In this document: positions 1 to 10,549 of the stretch, piece after piece
Layout: each line of letters begins with the position of its first letter
Numbering within the stretch: position 1 is the first letter of the stretch
Source: Oscillospiraceae bacterium
GTDB taxonomy: Bacteria; Bacillota; Clostridia; Oscillospirales; JAAYXM01
DNA length: 64,000 bases
Assembly (NCBI GenBank): GCA_017435965.1
Contig: JAFSEA010000027.1
Span: 21,319 to 85,318 of the forward strand
Direction of reading: 5' to 3'
Translations under genes and position numbers: made by a program
The notes under the pieces: generated by a model
Database searches by the model: none
Told to the model about the DNA's origin: nothing
Seen by the model: only the letters and a program-made list of their open reading frames with translations

Positions 1-1178
1 ATTACCTTTTGATAATTGTTGCTGTTGCCAAATGGAATTGAAAGATTTTTCAAATGTTCCTGTTTTGTGACATTTAGCTCAGATAACAATTTTCCGAGAT
101 ATGCTCTTGCACATTCCGGATCGATATCAAGAACCTTCTCACAATATTCATCGGCACTTGCCCAGTTTCCGTCTTCGAGGAACATAAATACACGTTTGAG
201 AAGCGGTTCTGTCTGTAATACCGTCTGATTCTGTACAACAACTGTTTCTTCAATCGTTTCCGAAACTGTTTCAGTCTTTGCTTTCGGAATAAAGCGGTTG
301 ACGTTGTCGAAAAGGTTTTTGAGGAATGTCATTTCTCCAATATCCAGTGCCTGAAGGTTTTTGAATTCCTTCGGGATATCATATGCATCAAGGTTTTTAT
401 AGCATGGGATGAGATGTTTTGAGCTATCGTCTGACATCATTGCAATATATCTTGACCACTCGTTTTTTACCCATACCGCATCGTAATACTCATACTTTGT
501 TCCTATTGCAAGCATCACCTTTGCCGATTTCAATGCTGCATATATGTATGGCTCATATTCCGTTCCTGCCTTGTCACGGAGTGTTATACGAGAGAAAAAG
601 ACTTTATATCCCTCGCGCACAAGCTCGGTATAGATATCCTGGGCGATGGTGCTGTCTTCTGTTCTCTGCTTTGTTATGTCGTCTGTTTCTTTATAGCAGA
701 TAAACACATCATAAGGTTCTTCGCTTTCAACAACCGATATAATCTGTCTCTGCAGGCGGTCAATCGCCTTTGCCTCTTCGCGGTATACGCTTTTTGCTAC
801 AACATCTGCATTCTCAAGTGCCTGTTCAAAATCGGAATCGTCCATAATTGAGGTTGCGTTTGTTCTGTGGCAGGTGGGGATTTTTTTGCCGGTTGCGGCA
901 TCGTCAACATACTCAATTCCGAACTTACAGAGGCAGAGTCCCCAATAGCCTTCGGACTCTTCGGGATATTCGGAAACGATGCTCTCATAAACGCCCGATG
1001 CTTTATCAAACTCACAATCCATACGAAGACGGTTTGCACGGTTGAAGAGATTTGTTTTCTTCTCGTCACTTCCGTCCGGCACGGTCTGATTTGTTCCGCA
1101 ATATTCACATTCTACCACACGCACATCTTCGGAAACCTCAAGATTTCCTCCGCACATTTTACATTTGAACATCGCCAT
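1..1178 (-). CDS. Zn-ribbon + TPR + TIR domain protein (3' end runs off the window)
   Basis: Not in the ORF track because there is no stop in the window. Manual translation from ATG 1178 (AGGAG RBS) gives MAMFKCKMCGG...CEYCG (Zn ribbon), a TPR-like segment (FDKASGVYESIV...EGYWG), TIR motifs YDVFICY, GYKVFFSR and WVKNEWSRY, then a second TPR-like segment (ADEYCEKVLDIDPECARAYLG). Confidence 0.85.
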   Translation of the reverse strand, partial: MAMFKCKMCGGNLEVSEDVRVVECEYCGTNQTVPDGSDEKKTNLFNRANRLRMDCEFDKASGVYESIVSEYPEESEGYWGLCLCKFGIEYVDDAATGKKIPTCHRTNATSIMDDSDFEQALENADVVAKSVYREEAKAIDRLQRQIISVVESEEPYDVFICYKETDDITKQRTEDSTIAQDIYTELVREGYKVFFSRITLRDKAGTEYEPYIYAALKSAKVMLAIGTKYEYYDAVWVKNEWSRYIAMMSDDSSKHLIPCYKNLDAYDIPKEFKNLQALDIGEMTFLKNLFDNVNRFIPKAKTETVSETIEETVVVQNQTVLQTEPLLKRVFMFLEDGNWASADEYCEKVLDIDPECARAYLGKLLSELNVTKQEHLKNLSIPFGNSNNYQKV

Positions 1179-1214
1179 TTTTGTTTTCTCCTATATTTAA
1201 AGTCTGATATATAA

Positions 1215-1243
1215 ATTATATATTTATATTTAATGTAAGTCAA
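1215..1243 (-). promoter_or_regulatory. sigma-A promoter of the TIR gene
   Basis: Minus strand TTGACT (1243-1238), 17 bp spacer, TATAAT (1220-1215). Confidence 0.65.
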
Positions 1244-1276
1244 GATTTTAAAGCTCATATTTTGCCTTTTTGCAAC

Positions 1277-1319
1277 AAAAAAAGCACTATTCCGACATAT
1301 TGCGGAACAGCGCTTTTTT
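1277..1319 (-). terminator. intrinsic terminator after fhs / pur operon
   Basis: Imperfect hairpin gcactattccg...cggaacagcgc flanked by A and T tracts, directly after the fhs stop. Confidence 0.7.
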
Positions 1320-1321
1320 AT

Positions 1322-2998
1322 TTAAAACAAACCTGTTATTTTTCCGTTTTCGTCAACGTCAATCTTTTCAGCTGACGGAACTTTGGGAAGTCCGGGCATT
1401 GTCATTATATCTCCGGTGAGAACTACTATGAATCCTGCACCTGCAGAAACCTTTACATTTCTTACCGTTACTGTAAAGCCATCGGGAGCACCGAGCTTTG
1501 TCGGGTCATCTGAGAAGCTGTATTGGGTTTTTGCAACACAGATGGGAAGCTTATCAAGTCCGAGCTTTGAAAGCTCGTCTATCTGCTTCTTTGCCGCCGG
1601 AAGTACTGATATTCCGTCTCCGCCATAAACCTTCTTTACTATTGCTTCAATCTTTTCTTCGATTGTTGCATCCGTATCATAGCTGAAGGTAAAGTCTCCC
1701 TTTTCTTCTTCGCAAAGTCTTACAACTTCACGTGCAAGAGCCTCTCCGCCCTTTCCGCCTTCTGCCCATACGGTTGAAAGAACTGTATTTACTCCAAGCT
1801 CGCGGCACTTTTTTATGATGAAGTCGATTTCTGCATCGGTATCCGTTGGGAATCTGTTTACCGCAACCACACAAGGAAGCTTATATACATTCTTTATGTT
1901 TGAAACGTGGCGGAGGAGATTTGGTATTCCCTTCTCTAATGCCACAATATCTTCATTTGCAAGCTCTGTTTTTGCTCTGCCGCCGTGCATCTTAAGTGCG
2001 CGGACGGTTGCAACAACAACTACTGCGCTTGGTATGAGACCTGCCACACGGCACTTGATATCGAGAAACTTCTCGGCACCGAGGTCTGCACCGAAGCCTG
2101 CTTCCGTTACGGTATAATCGCCCATCTTAAGAGCGAGCTTTGTTGCCATAACTGAATTACAGCCGTGTGCAATATTTGCAAAGGGTCCGCCATGGACAAA
2201 GGCAGGAGTTCCCTCTAAAGTCTGTACGAGGTTCGGTTTTAATGCATCCTTTAAAAGTGCAGTCATAGCACCCTGAGCATTTATCTCTCCGCAAGTTACC
2301 GGTTTTCCGTCATAGGTATAGCCCACAATTATTCTTGCAAGGCGTTCCTTTAAGTCGGAAATTCCGTTTGAAAGACAGAGTACTGCCATAATCTCACTTG
2401 CAACGGTAATATCGAAACCATCTTCACGCGTGACGCCGTTTTTTGCTCCGCCAAGACCGATTGCGATATTGCGAAGCTCTCTGTCATTCATATCAACACA
2501 GCGACGCCAGGTGATTTTATTGGGATCAATGCCGAGAGCATTGCCCTGATGAATATGATTATCAAGCATTGCCGCAAGAAGGTTATTTGCAGCACCGATT
2601 GCGTGGAAATCCCCTGTGAAATGAAGGTTTATATCCTCCATAGGTACAACCTGAGCATATCCGCCACCTGCCGCGCCGCCCTTGACACCGAATACGGGTC
2701 CTAATGACGGTTCGCGGAGTGCAACGGTTACATCCTTGCCTATTCTTGCAAGACCGTCGGCAAGACCTATTGTTGTGGTTGTTTTGCCCTCACCTGCAGG
2801 AGTCGGGGTGATTGCTGTTACAAGGATAAGTTTTCCGTCCTCGCGCTTCGTTTCATTAAGAAGCGCGAGATCAATCTTTGCCTTATATTTTCCATATTGC
2901 TCGATATATTTATCGTCAACATGAGCTTTTGCCGCAATTTCGCCTATGGGGCGCATTTCACAGCTCTGGGCTATTTCAATATCTGATTTATATGCCAT
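1322..2998 (-). CDS. fhs: formate--tetrahydrofolate ligase
   Basis: [41 protein letters not shown] motifs; 558 aa. Confidence 0.98.
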   Translation of the reverse strand: MAYKSDIEIAQSCEMRPIGEIAAKAHVDDKYIEQYGKYKAKIDLALLNETKREDGKLILVTAITPTPAGEGKTTTTIGLADGLARIGKDVTVALREPSLGPVFGVKGGAAGGGYAQVVPMEDINLHFTGDFHAIGAANNLLAAMLDNHIHQGNALGIDPNKITWRRCVDMNDRELRNIAIGLGGAKNGVTREDGFDITVASEIMAVLCLSNGISDLKERLARIIVGYTYDGKPVTCGEINAQGAMTALLKDALKPNLVQTLEGTPAFVHGGPFANIAHGCNSVMATKLALKMGDYTVTEAGFGADLGAEKFLDIKCRVAGLIPSAVVVVATVRALKMHGGRAKTELANEDIVALEKGIPNLLRHVSNIKNVYKLPCVVAVNRFPTDTDAEIDFIIKKCRELGVNTVLSTVWAEGGKGGEALAREVVRLCEEEKGDFTFSYDTDATIEEKIEAIVKKVYGGDGISVLPAAKKQIDELSKLGLDKLPICVAKTQYSFSDDPTKLGAPDGFTVTVRNVKVSAGAGFIVVLTGDIMTMPGLPKVPSAEKIDVDENGKITGLF

Positions 2999-3020
2999 TT
3001 GTTACTCCTCCAAAGGGCAA

Positions 3021-6000
3021 TTATTTGAAGTATTTTACTGCAGACTCGAACATACGGATATCATATTCACCCGGAACGTTCTTGTAAAGTCCATTGCCTT
3101 TACGCTCACTATGTCCCATCTTACCGAAGACTCTGCCATCCGGAGATGTGATACCTTCGATAGCATACATAGAATCGTTGGGATTGAAGTGAACATCGCT
3201 TGTTGCATTGCCTTCAAAATCAACGTACTGAGTTGCAATCTGACCGTTCTTTGCAAGTTCTTTTATAAGAGCTTCATCTGCAAGGAAGCGACCTTCACCG
3301 TGAGATATCGGAACAGTATAGACATCGCCTACATTTGTAAGCGCGAGCCACGGAGATTTATTGGAAGCAACTCTTGTTCTTACGATTCTTGACTGGTGAC
3401 GTGCGATTGTGTTGAAGGTGAGTGTCGGGCAATTTTCATCGGTATCAATAATCTTTCCGTAAGGAACAAGTCCGAGCTTTATAAGAGCCTGGAAGCCGTT
3501 ACAGATACCGCACATAAGACCGTCGCGGTTATCAAGAAGATCGTGTACGCCTTCCTTGACTGCCGCATTACGGAAGAATGCAGTTATGAACTTACCGCTT
3601 CCGTCAGGCTCGTCACCGCCGGAGAATCCGCCGGGGATAAATATCATCTGTGCTGACTTAAGAGCAGTTGCAAACTTGTCAACACTTGCACGGATGCTGT
3701 CGGAAGTGAGGTTTCTTATAACAATGATTTCGGGTTCTGCACCTGCATCACGCATTGCCTTTGCGGAATCAAATTCGCAGTTTGTTCCCGGGAATGCAGG
3801 AATGAGGACCTTCGGTTTTGCAACCTTGATTGCAGGAGCTTTGCGCTCACCTGCCTCAAACGAGAAGGTTTCCATCGGACCCTTGCGGTCCTCGATATTA
3901 CAGCTGTATACGCTCTCAAGCTTATCTTCATAAACTCCGAGAAGTTCTGTGAGGCAGATGCTTTCTGATGCAAGAGTGAGCTTATTATCATCGGTTACTG
4001 TACCGAGAACATATGCCCCCTCAACATCCTCGCTCACTTCAAGAACGAATGAAGCATAGCTATAGCTGAAGAGCTTTTCAACTGTTACATCATTTTCAAA
4101 CTTAACACCGAGTCCGTTTCCGAATGCCATCTTCATAACAGCTTCGGCAATACCGCCGATACCCGGAGTATAGCAAGCAACGGCTTTACCGCTTCTCATA
4201 AGAGCTGTTACCTTATCAAATACAGCGAGAAGTGACTCTGTTTTCGGGAGATTATTTTCATCATATTCAGGAGAGATCACAACAAGCTTATTGCCTGACT
4301 TTTTAAGCTCCGGAGAAACAACATCGGAAACTTTTCCTGTTGTTACCGCAAAGGAAACAAGTGTTGGCGGAACATCGAGATTTTCAAATGAGCCACTCAT
4401 TGAGTCCTTGCCACCGATCGAGCCGATAGAAAGCTCCTTCTGTGCCTTGAAAGCACCGAGAAGTGCCGCAAGAGGCTTGCCCCAACGCTTTGAATCACGT
4501 CCGAGCTTTTCAAAATACTCCTGGAATGTGAGATATACATCGTTAAAGTCTGCACCTGTTGCAATGAGCTTACATACAGACTCCACAACTGCCATATATG
4601 CACCGTGATAGGGGCTCTGTTCTGTGAGGAATGGGTTATAGCCCCAGGACATAAATGAGCAATCATCGGTATGCTTCTTCTCAACGGAAATCTTCTGTAC
4701 CATTGCCTGAATCGGAGTGAGCTGATTCTTTCCGCCAAAGGGCATAAGAACTGTTCCTGCACCGATTGTTGAGTCGAAACGCTCTGAAAGTCCGCGCTTT
4801 GAGCAGATATTGAGATCTCCTGCGATTCTCTTATAGTTATCAGTAAATCCGCCGGAGATTTCCTGCTTGCGGAGATTCGGTTTTGAGCTTTCGATATCAA
4901 TATGCTTTTCAGCACCGTTTGAATTGAGGAATTCACGGCTTATATCAACAATTTTCTTGCCGTTCCAGTGCATAACAAGGCGAGGAGATTCTGTTACCTC
5001 TGCAACCGGGCAAGCCTGGAGGTTTTCTTCATCTGCAAGAGCGAGGAAACGGTCAACATCCTTTGCCTCAACAACAACTGCCATACGCTCCTGAGATTCA
5101 CTTATTGCAAGCTCAGTTCCGTCAAGTCCGTCATACTTTTTCGGAACTGCATTGAGGTTTATCTCTAAACCATCGGCGAGCTCACCGATTGCAACGGAAA
5201 CGCCGCCTGCACCGAAGTCATTACATCTCTTTATAAGCTTGCTTGCCTCAGGATTGCGGAAGAGGCGCTGAAGCTTTCTCTCTTCCGGAGCATTACCCTT
5301 CTGTACCTCTGCACCGCAGGTTTCAAGTGACTCTGCAGTATGGGATTTTGAAGAGCCTGTTGCACCGCCGCAACCGTCACGTCCTGTGCTTCCGCCGAGA
5401 AGAATTACGATATCACCGGGATCGGGACGTTCACGTCTTACATTCTCCTGGGGAGCAGCAGCAATAACTGCACCTATTTCCATACGCTTTGCAGCATAGC
5501 CATCGTGGAATATTTCATCAACGATGCCTGTTGCAAGACCAATCTGATTACCATAAGAGGAGTAGCCTGCCGCCGCAGTTGTTACAATCTTACGCTGAGG
5601 AAGCTTACCCTTTATTGTTTCGCTTACCGGCTTTAACGGGTCTGCCGCACCGGTTACGCGCATTGCGCCATAAACATATGAACGGCCTGAAAGCGGATCA
5701 CGGATTGCACCACCGATGCAGGTTGCCGCACCGCCAAAGGGTTCAATTTCTGTGGGGTGGTTATGGGTTTCGTTCTTAAAGAGGAGAAGCCAGGGTTCTT
5801 TTACACCATCGACCTCAACCTCAATTTTTACTGTGCAGGCGTTTATCTCTTCGGACTCATCAAGCTTATTAAGCTTTCCGTTTTTCTTGAGATATCTCAC
5901 TGCAACAGTTGCAAGGTCCATAAGGCAAATCGGCTTTGTTCTTCCGATTTCCTTACGTGTTTCAATGTATTCATCATAGGTCTTCTGAAGAAGCTCATCC

Positions 6001-6716
6001 TCAAACTTTACTGAATCAATAGTTGTGAGGAAGGTTGTATGACGGCAGTGATCTGACCAATAGGTATCGATCATACGAACTTCTGTTATTGTGGGGTTTC
6101 TGCCCTCTGTTTTAAAGTAGTTCTGGCAGAATTCAATATCGTCTGCATCCATAGCAAGACCGTATTCGAAAACGAAAGCTTCAAGTCCCTTTCTGTCAAG
6201 GTCAATAAAGCCATCGAGTGTTTTTACTTCTGTAGGAATATCATATTCAACCTTCAGAGTTTCAGGCTTTGCAAGGTCTGCTTCTCTTGACTCAACGGGG
6301 TTGATTACATATTTCTTGATTTCTGCAACATCAGCATCGGTAAGTGAGCCATAAAGAGCATAGAGCTTTGCTGTACGGATAAGAGGACGGTCACCCTGAG
6401 AGATTATCTGAATACACTGTGCAGCTGAATCTGCTCTTTGGTCAAACTGACCCGGAAGGGGCTCAACTGCAAAAACAGATGCATCGCAGGAACAGACATT
6501 TATATCCTCCGAAACGATATCAAGCTGAGGCTCGGAAAAAACAGTCTGCTTTGCATAGTTAAAAAGCTCTTCTGTGATATTCTCGGCATCATAGCGGTTT
6601 ATAACGCGTACATCGGTAAGACTCTTTATACCGAGAAGTGTTCTCGCATCAGAAAGAAGTGCACGAGCTTCATTTGCAAGCTCTTTCTTCTTTTCGACAT
6701 ATACTCTGTATACCAT
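3021..6716 (-). CDS. purL: phosphoribosylformylglycinamidine synthase (single-chain PurL/PurQ fusion)
   Basis: WSDHCRH and ETHNHPT motifs; C-terminal glutaminase GICNGFQ and MGHSER; 1231 aa. Confidence 0.97.
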   Translation of the reverse strand: MVYRVYVEKKKELANEARALLSDARTLLGIKSLTDVRVINRYDAENITEELFNYAKQTVFSEPQLDIVSEDINVCSCDASVFAVEPLPGQFDQRADSAAQCIQIISQGDRPLIRTAKLYALYGSLTDADVAEIKKYVINPVESREADLAKPETLKVEYDIPTEVKTLDGFIDLDRKGLEAFVFEYGLAMDADDIEFCQNYFKTEGRNPTITEVRMIDTYWSDHCRHTTFLTTIDSVKFEDELLQKTYDEYIETRKEIGRTKPICLMDLATVAVRYLKKNGKLNKLDESEEINACTVKIEVEVDGVKEPWLLLFKNETHNHPTEIEPFGGAATCIGGAIRDPLSGRSYVYGAMRVTGAADPLKPVSETIKGKLPQRKIVTTAAAGYSSYGNQIGLATGIVDEIFHDGYAAKRMEIGAVIAAAPQENVRRERPDPGDIVILLGGSTGRDGCGGATGSSKSHTAESLETCGAEVQKGNAPEERKLQRLFRNPEASKLIKRCNDFGAGGVSVAIGELADGLEINLNAVPKKYDGLDGTELAISESQERMAVVVEAKDVDRFLALADEENLQACPVAEVTESPRLVMHWNGKKIVDISREFLNSNGAEKHIDIESSKPNLRKQEISGGFTDNYKRIAGDLNICSKRGLSERFDSTIGAGTVLMPFGGKNQLTPIQAMVQKISVEKKHTDDCSFMSWGYNPFLTEQSPYHGAYMAVVESVCKLIATGADFNDVYLTFQEYFEKLGRDSKRWGKPLAALLGAFKAQKELSIGSIGGKDSMSGSFENLDVPPTLVSFAVTTGKVSDVVSPELKKSGNKLVVISPEYDENNLPKTESLLAVFDKVTALMRSGKAVACYTPGIGGIAEAVMKMAFGNGLGVKFENDVTVEKLFSYSYASFVLEVSEDVEGAYVLGTVTDDNKLTLASESICLTELLGVYEDKLESVYSCNIEDRKGPMETFSFEAGERKAPAIKVAKPKVLIPAFPGTNCEFDSAKAMRDAGAEPEIIVIRNLTSDSIRASVDKFATALKSAQMIFIPGGFSGGDEPDGSGKFITAFFRNAAVKEGVHDLLDNRDGLMCGICNGFQALIKLGLVPYGKIIDTDENCPTLTFNTIARHQSRIVRTRVASNKSPWLALTNVGDVYTVPISHGEGRFLADEALIKELAKNGQIATQYVDFEGNATSDVHFNPNDSMYAIEGITSPDGRVFGKMGHSERKGNGLYKNVPGEYDIRMFESAVKYFK

Positions 6717-6719
6717 ATC

Positions 6720-7988
6720 TTAGTCCTCCCTTGCACGAAGTGCTTTTGCACCGATATCACTGCGGTAATATGCATTATTAAAGTGAATCTGCGAAACGAG
6801 CTTATACGCTCCGTCAATTGCGCTCTTGAGTGAGCTTGCAACAGCGGTTGCACCAAGAACACGTCCGCCGTTTGTGAGAAGCTTATCTCCCTCAAGCTTT
6901 GCACCTGCAACATAGACATTATCGGATATCTCATCCGGAATTGTCATCTCAAAGCCCTTTTCATAATCAGTGGGATAACCCTTTGATGCCATAATTACAC
7001 AGCAGGCATTCTTATCGCTGAATCTGACATTTATATCCCTGAGCTTACCGTTTGTTACAGCCTGCATAACTGTGAGAAGATCGCTCTCAAGAAGCGGAAG
7101 TACAACCTGGGTTTCGGGATCACCGAAACGGCAGTTATATTCAATGACCTTCGGACCATTCGGGGTGAGCATAAGTCCGAAATAGAGGCATCCCTTGAAG
7201 GTTCTTCCTTCTTCATTCATTGCCTTCATTGTGGGTATGAAAATGGTCTTCATACATTCTGCAGCAATGTCGTCTGTATAATAAGGATTCGGAGCAACTG
7301 TTCCCATACCGCCGGTGTTGAGACCTGTGTCGTTATCCCCGATTCTCTTATGGTCCATTGAGGAAATCATCGGAACAACGGTTTCACCGTCGGTGAAAGC
7401 AAGAACAGAAACCTCGGGGCCAGTGAGGAATTCTTCGATGACAATCGTCTCACCACTCTTGCCGAATGCCTTATCCTGCATCATTGATTTTACTGCATCC
7501 ATTGCCATTTCTCTTGTTTCGGCAATGATAACGCCTTTACCAAGTGCCAAGCCATCTGCCTTTACAACAGTTGGAATCGGCGCAGTTTCAAGGTATTTGA
7601 GTGCAGCATCCATATTATCGAAAACTTCATACTGCGCTGTTGGAATATTATACTTTTTCATAAGGTTCTTTGAGAAAACCTTACTGCCTTCGATTATTGC
7701 AGCATTTGCACGGGGTCCGAAGCAAGGTATTCCCTTTTCTTCAAGTGCATCAACTGCGCCGAGAACAAGGGGATCATCGGGTGCGACTATTGCATAGTCG
7801 ATTCCCTTCTCTACCGCAAAATCAACTATTGCGGGAATATCCTTTGCTCCGATATTCACACAAGTGGCATCCTGTGCCATTCCCCCATTTCCGGGAAGTG
7901 CGAATATTTCGGAAACGTTTTTATTAAGTTTAATTTTCTTTATGATGGCATGCTCTCTTCCGCCGCCACCTACTACCATAATTTTCAT
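6720..7988 (-). CDS. purD: phosphoribosylamine--glycine ligase
   Basis: GGGGREHA, KADGLALGKGV, NTGGMG, EYNCRFGDPETQ motifs. Confidence 0.98.
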   Translation of the reverse strand: MKIMVVGGGGREHAIIKKIKLNKNVSEIFALPGNGGMAQDATCVNIGAKDIPAIVDFAVEKGIDYAIVAPDDPLVLGAVDALEEKGIPCFGPRANAAIIEGSKVFSKNLMKKYNIPTAQYEVFDNMDAALKYLETAPIPTVVKADGLALGKGVIIAETREMAMDAVKSMMQDKAFGKSGETIVIEEFLTGPEVSVLAFTDGETVVPMISSMDHKRIGDNDTGLNTGGMGTVAPNPYYTDDIAAECMKTIFIPTMKAMNEEGRTFKGCLYFGLMLTPNGPKVIEYNCRFGDPETQVVLPLLESDLLTVMQAVTNGKLRDINVRFSDKNACCVIMASKGYPTDYEKGFEMTIPDEISDNVYVAGAKLEGDKLLTNGGRVLGATAVASSLKSAIDGAYKLVSQIHFNNAYYRSDIGAKALRARED

Positions 7989-8006
7989 TACGAAAACCTC
8001 CGATTA

Positions 8007-9191
8007 TCAGTGGTGGAACAAACGCATTCCGGTGAATGCCATTGCAATACCGTGCTTATCACAACATTCGATAACGATATCATCACGGATTGAGCCGCCC
8101 GGCTCTGCAATGTATTTTACGCCGCTTGCAAATGCGCGGTCGATATTATCAGCAAAGGGGAAGAATGCATCGGAACCGAGTGCAACACCGTCTATAGTAT
8201 CGAGGTATGCACGCATTTCTTCTGCTGTAAAGGGCTCAGGCTTTCTTGTGAAATACTTTTCCCAGTTGCCGTCTGCCGTTACATCTTCTTCATTTTTATT
8301 GATATATCCGTCAATTACGTTGTCACGATCGGGTCTGCCGATATCTTCCTTGAAGGGGAGATTAAGTACCTTCTCGTGCTGACGCAAGAACCATGTATCA
8401 GCCTTTGTACCTGCAAGACGTGTGCAGTGGATACGTGACTGCTGGCCTGCACCTACACCGATAGCCTGTCCGTCAACTGCGTAGCAAACGGAGTTTGACT
8501 GAGTATATTTAAGTGTGATAAGAGCAACGATAAGATCGCGGAGTGCTTCTTCCGGAATGTCCTTATTTGCAGTTACAATATTGCCGAGAAGCTCACGGTT
8601 GATTTTGAAGTTATTTCTTCCCTGCTCAAATGTGATACCGAAAACGTGTTTATGTTCAACCTCCTGCGGAACATAATTCGGATCAATCTTTACAATATTA
8701 TAATTTCCCTTACGCTTTGTTTTGAGGATTTCGAGTGCCTCAGGCTCATATCCCGGAGCGATAACACCATCGGAAACCTCACGCTTAATCATCTTTGCGG
8801 TTGTTACATCGCAGACATCGGAAAGTGCAACCCAGTCGCCAAAGGAGCACATACGGTCTGTTCCTCTTGCTCTTGCATATGCGCAGGCAAGGGGTGATTC
8901 GTCAAGACCTTCAACATCGTCAACAAAGCAAGCTTTCTTGAGCTTATCGGAAAGAGGAATACCAACTGCAGCAGAGGTGGGGCTTACGTGCTTGAAGGAT
9001 GTTGCAGCAGGAAGTCCGAGAGCTTCTTTAAGCTCTTTTACAAGCTGCCAGGAATTGAATGCATCAAGGAAGTTAATAAAGCCCGGACGACCGGAAAGGA
9101 TTTCAATAGGAAGGTCACTTCCGTCGCTCATAAAGATTTTTGCAGGCTTCTGATTCGGGTTACAGCCATATTTAAGTTCAAATTCTTTCAT
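8007..9191 (-). CDS. purH: AICAR transformylase (stand-alone, no N-terminal IMP cyclohydrolase domain)
   Basis: LKYGCNPNQ start, FKHVSP, SNSV, GAGQQSR, SDAFFPF, PGGSIRD, RLFHH end; only 394 aa. Confidence 0.93.
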   Translation of the reverse strand: MKEFELKYGCNPNQKPAKIFMSDGSDLPIEILSGRPGFINFLDAFNSWQLVKELKEALGLPAATSFKHVSPTSAAVGIPLSDKLKKACFVDDVEGLDESPLACAYARARGTDRMCSFGDWVALSDVCDVTTAKMIKREVSDGVIAPGYEPEALEILKTKRKGNYNIVKIDPNYVPQEVEHKHVFGITFEQGRNNFKINRELLGNIVTANKDIPEEALRDLIVALITLKYTQSNSVCYAVDGQAIGVGAGQQSRIHCTRLAGTKADTWFLRQHEKVLNLPFKEDIGRPDRDNVIDGYINKNEEDVTADGNWEKYFTRKPEPFTAEEMRAYLDTIDGVALGSDAFFPFADNIDRAFASGVKYIAEPGGSIRDDIVIECCDKHGIAMAFTGMRLFHH

Positions 9192-9206
9192 TGGTATTTA
9201 TCCCCC

Positions 9207-9926
9207 TTACTTATTCTTGTTTATCATTCTGTTTTCTTCTTTTCCGCTTGCAAGGTCTGTATAGCGGACATAAAGAGAAATCTTATTATCTTCATCAAGT
9301 GCGTTCCAGAGTGCATTTGTGAATGCATCAATATCATCGGGAATTGCCACACGCTCAGGCTCGCCCTGGAATGTGGGAATGGGATTTCCGTCACATACAT
9401 ATGTATGAATGAAATGACCGAGGCCGGCAATTGACGGATAATCATATGTGAAACGGGCACAAGCAGAACCGACTTCGTCAATGCTCTTGAGAATGCTCAT
9501 CTCATATGTGAAATCACCGTTTGCAAAAGTTGCCATACCGCTGATACGAGGTGTGAAATTCGGTGCATCCGGCTCAAATTCACGGGTGTTGAGTGCTTCT
9601 CTGAAGCCCTTGCCTTCCTTTATAAAATCATAAATTGTATCGGTCTGGTCGCCGTTTGTGACGATAAGCTTATTTTCAAACTTACGTATTGCCGCATAGA
9701 TGATAAGACTTGGGTCTTCAACTTTTGAAGCATCAAAAGGCTCGGTAAAAACTGCATTATCCTTTTCTGTGAATATGCGGTTGCGACTGTTGGCACTTCT
9801 GCCCATAATGAAATATGCAGTACATGCCTTTTTGCCATCCGCACTCTTGCCGATGACTATTCCTCGGCCTACATAGGAATTACCCTCGACCTGCTTTACA
9901 ATGTCATTTACTTCATATATATTCAT
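9207..9926 (-). CDS. IMP cyclohydrolase, PurO-like family
   Basis: YVGRGIV, YFIMGRS..SRNR, TNGDQTD, FEPDAPNFTPRISG motifs; sits next to a transformylase-only purH. Confidence 0.85.
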   Translation of the reverse strand: MNIYEVNDIVKQVEGNSYVGRGIVIGKSADGKKACTAYFIMGRSANSRNRIFTEKDNAVFTEPFDASKVEDPSLIIYAAIRKFENKLIVTNGDQTDTIYDFIKEGKGFREALNTREFEPDAPNFTPRISGMATFANGDFTYEMSILKSIDEVGSACARFTYDYPSIAGLGHFIHTYVCDGNPIPTFQGEPERVAIPDDIDAFTNALWNALDEDNKISLYVRYTDLASGKEENRMINKNK

Positions 9927-9943
9927 ATGTATATTCCTCTCAA

Positions 9944-10549
9944 TTACTTTGAAATTATTTCGGCACTTACCTTTTCAACGGATGCAGGGAGAATCTTCCA
10001 CTCTGCAAGACGCATAACACGCTTTTGCAGAGTTTCTGCAGTATCATCCTCACGGATGCTTACCGCTTTTTGCATTATAATCTCTCCGCCATCCGGAATT
10101 TCATTCACAAAATGCACCGTTGCACCTGTTACTTTAACTCCGTATTCAAGGGCCGCTTCGTGGACACGGAGACCATAGAAGCCTTCACCGCAGAATGACG
10201 GAATAAGAGACGGATGAACATTGATTATCCGCTTTGGATAACGCTTTGTGAAGTTTTCGCTGAGAATTACCATAAATCCGGCAAGAACGATTATATCAAT
10301 CTTCTTTTCTTCAAGACGGGATATAATTGCCTCTTCAAAAGCAACTTGACTTCCGAGAGCCTTTTTTGAAATCACACAAGCTTCGATATCTGCTTTTTTT
10401 GCTCTTTCAAGGGCATATGCACCCTCTTTGTTTGAGATAACAAGCTCTATCTTTCCGCTTTTGATGATTCCCTTCTTCTCGGCATCAATAAGTGCCTGAA
10501 GATTTGTTCCGCCGCCGGAAACGAGAACTGCTATGCGTGCTCGACTCAT
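9944..10549 (-). CDS. purN: phosphoribosylglycinamide formyltransferase
   Basis: [29 protein letters not shown] motifs. Confidence 0.97.
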   Translation of the reverse strand: MSRARIAVLVSGGGTNLQALIDAEKKGIIKSGKIELVISNKEGAYALERAKKADIEACVISKKALGSQVAFEEAIISRLEEKKIDIIVLAGFMVILSENFTKRYPKRIINVHPSLIPSFCGEGFYGLRVHEAALEYGVKVTGATVHFVNEIPDGGEIIMQKAVSIREDDTAETLQKRVMRLAEWKILPASVEKVSAEIISK

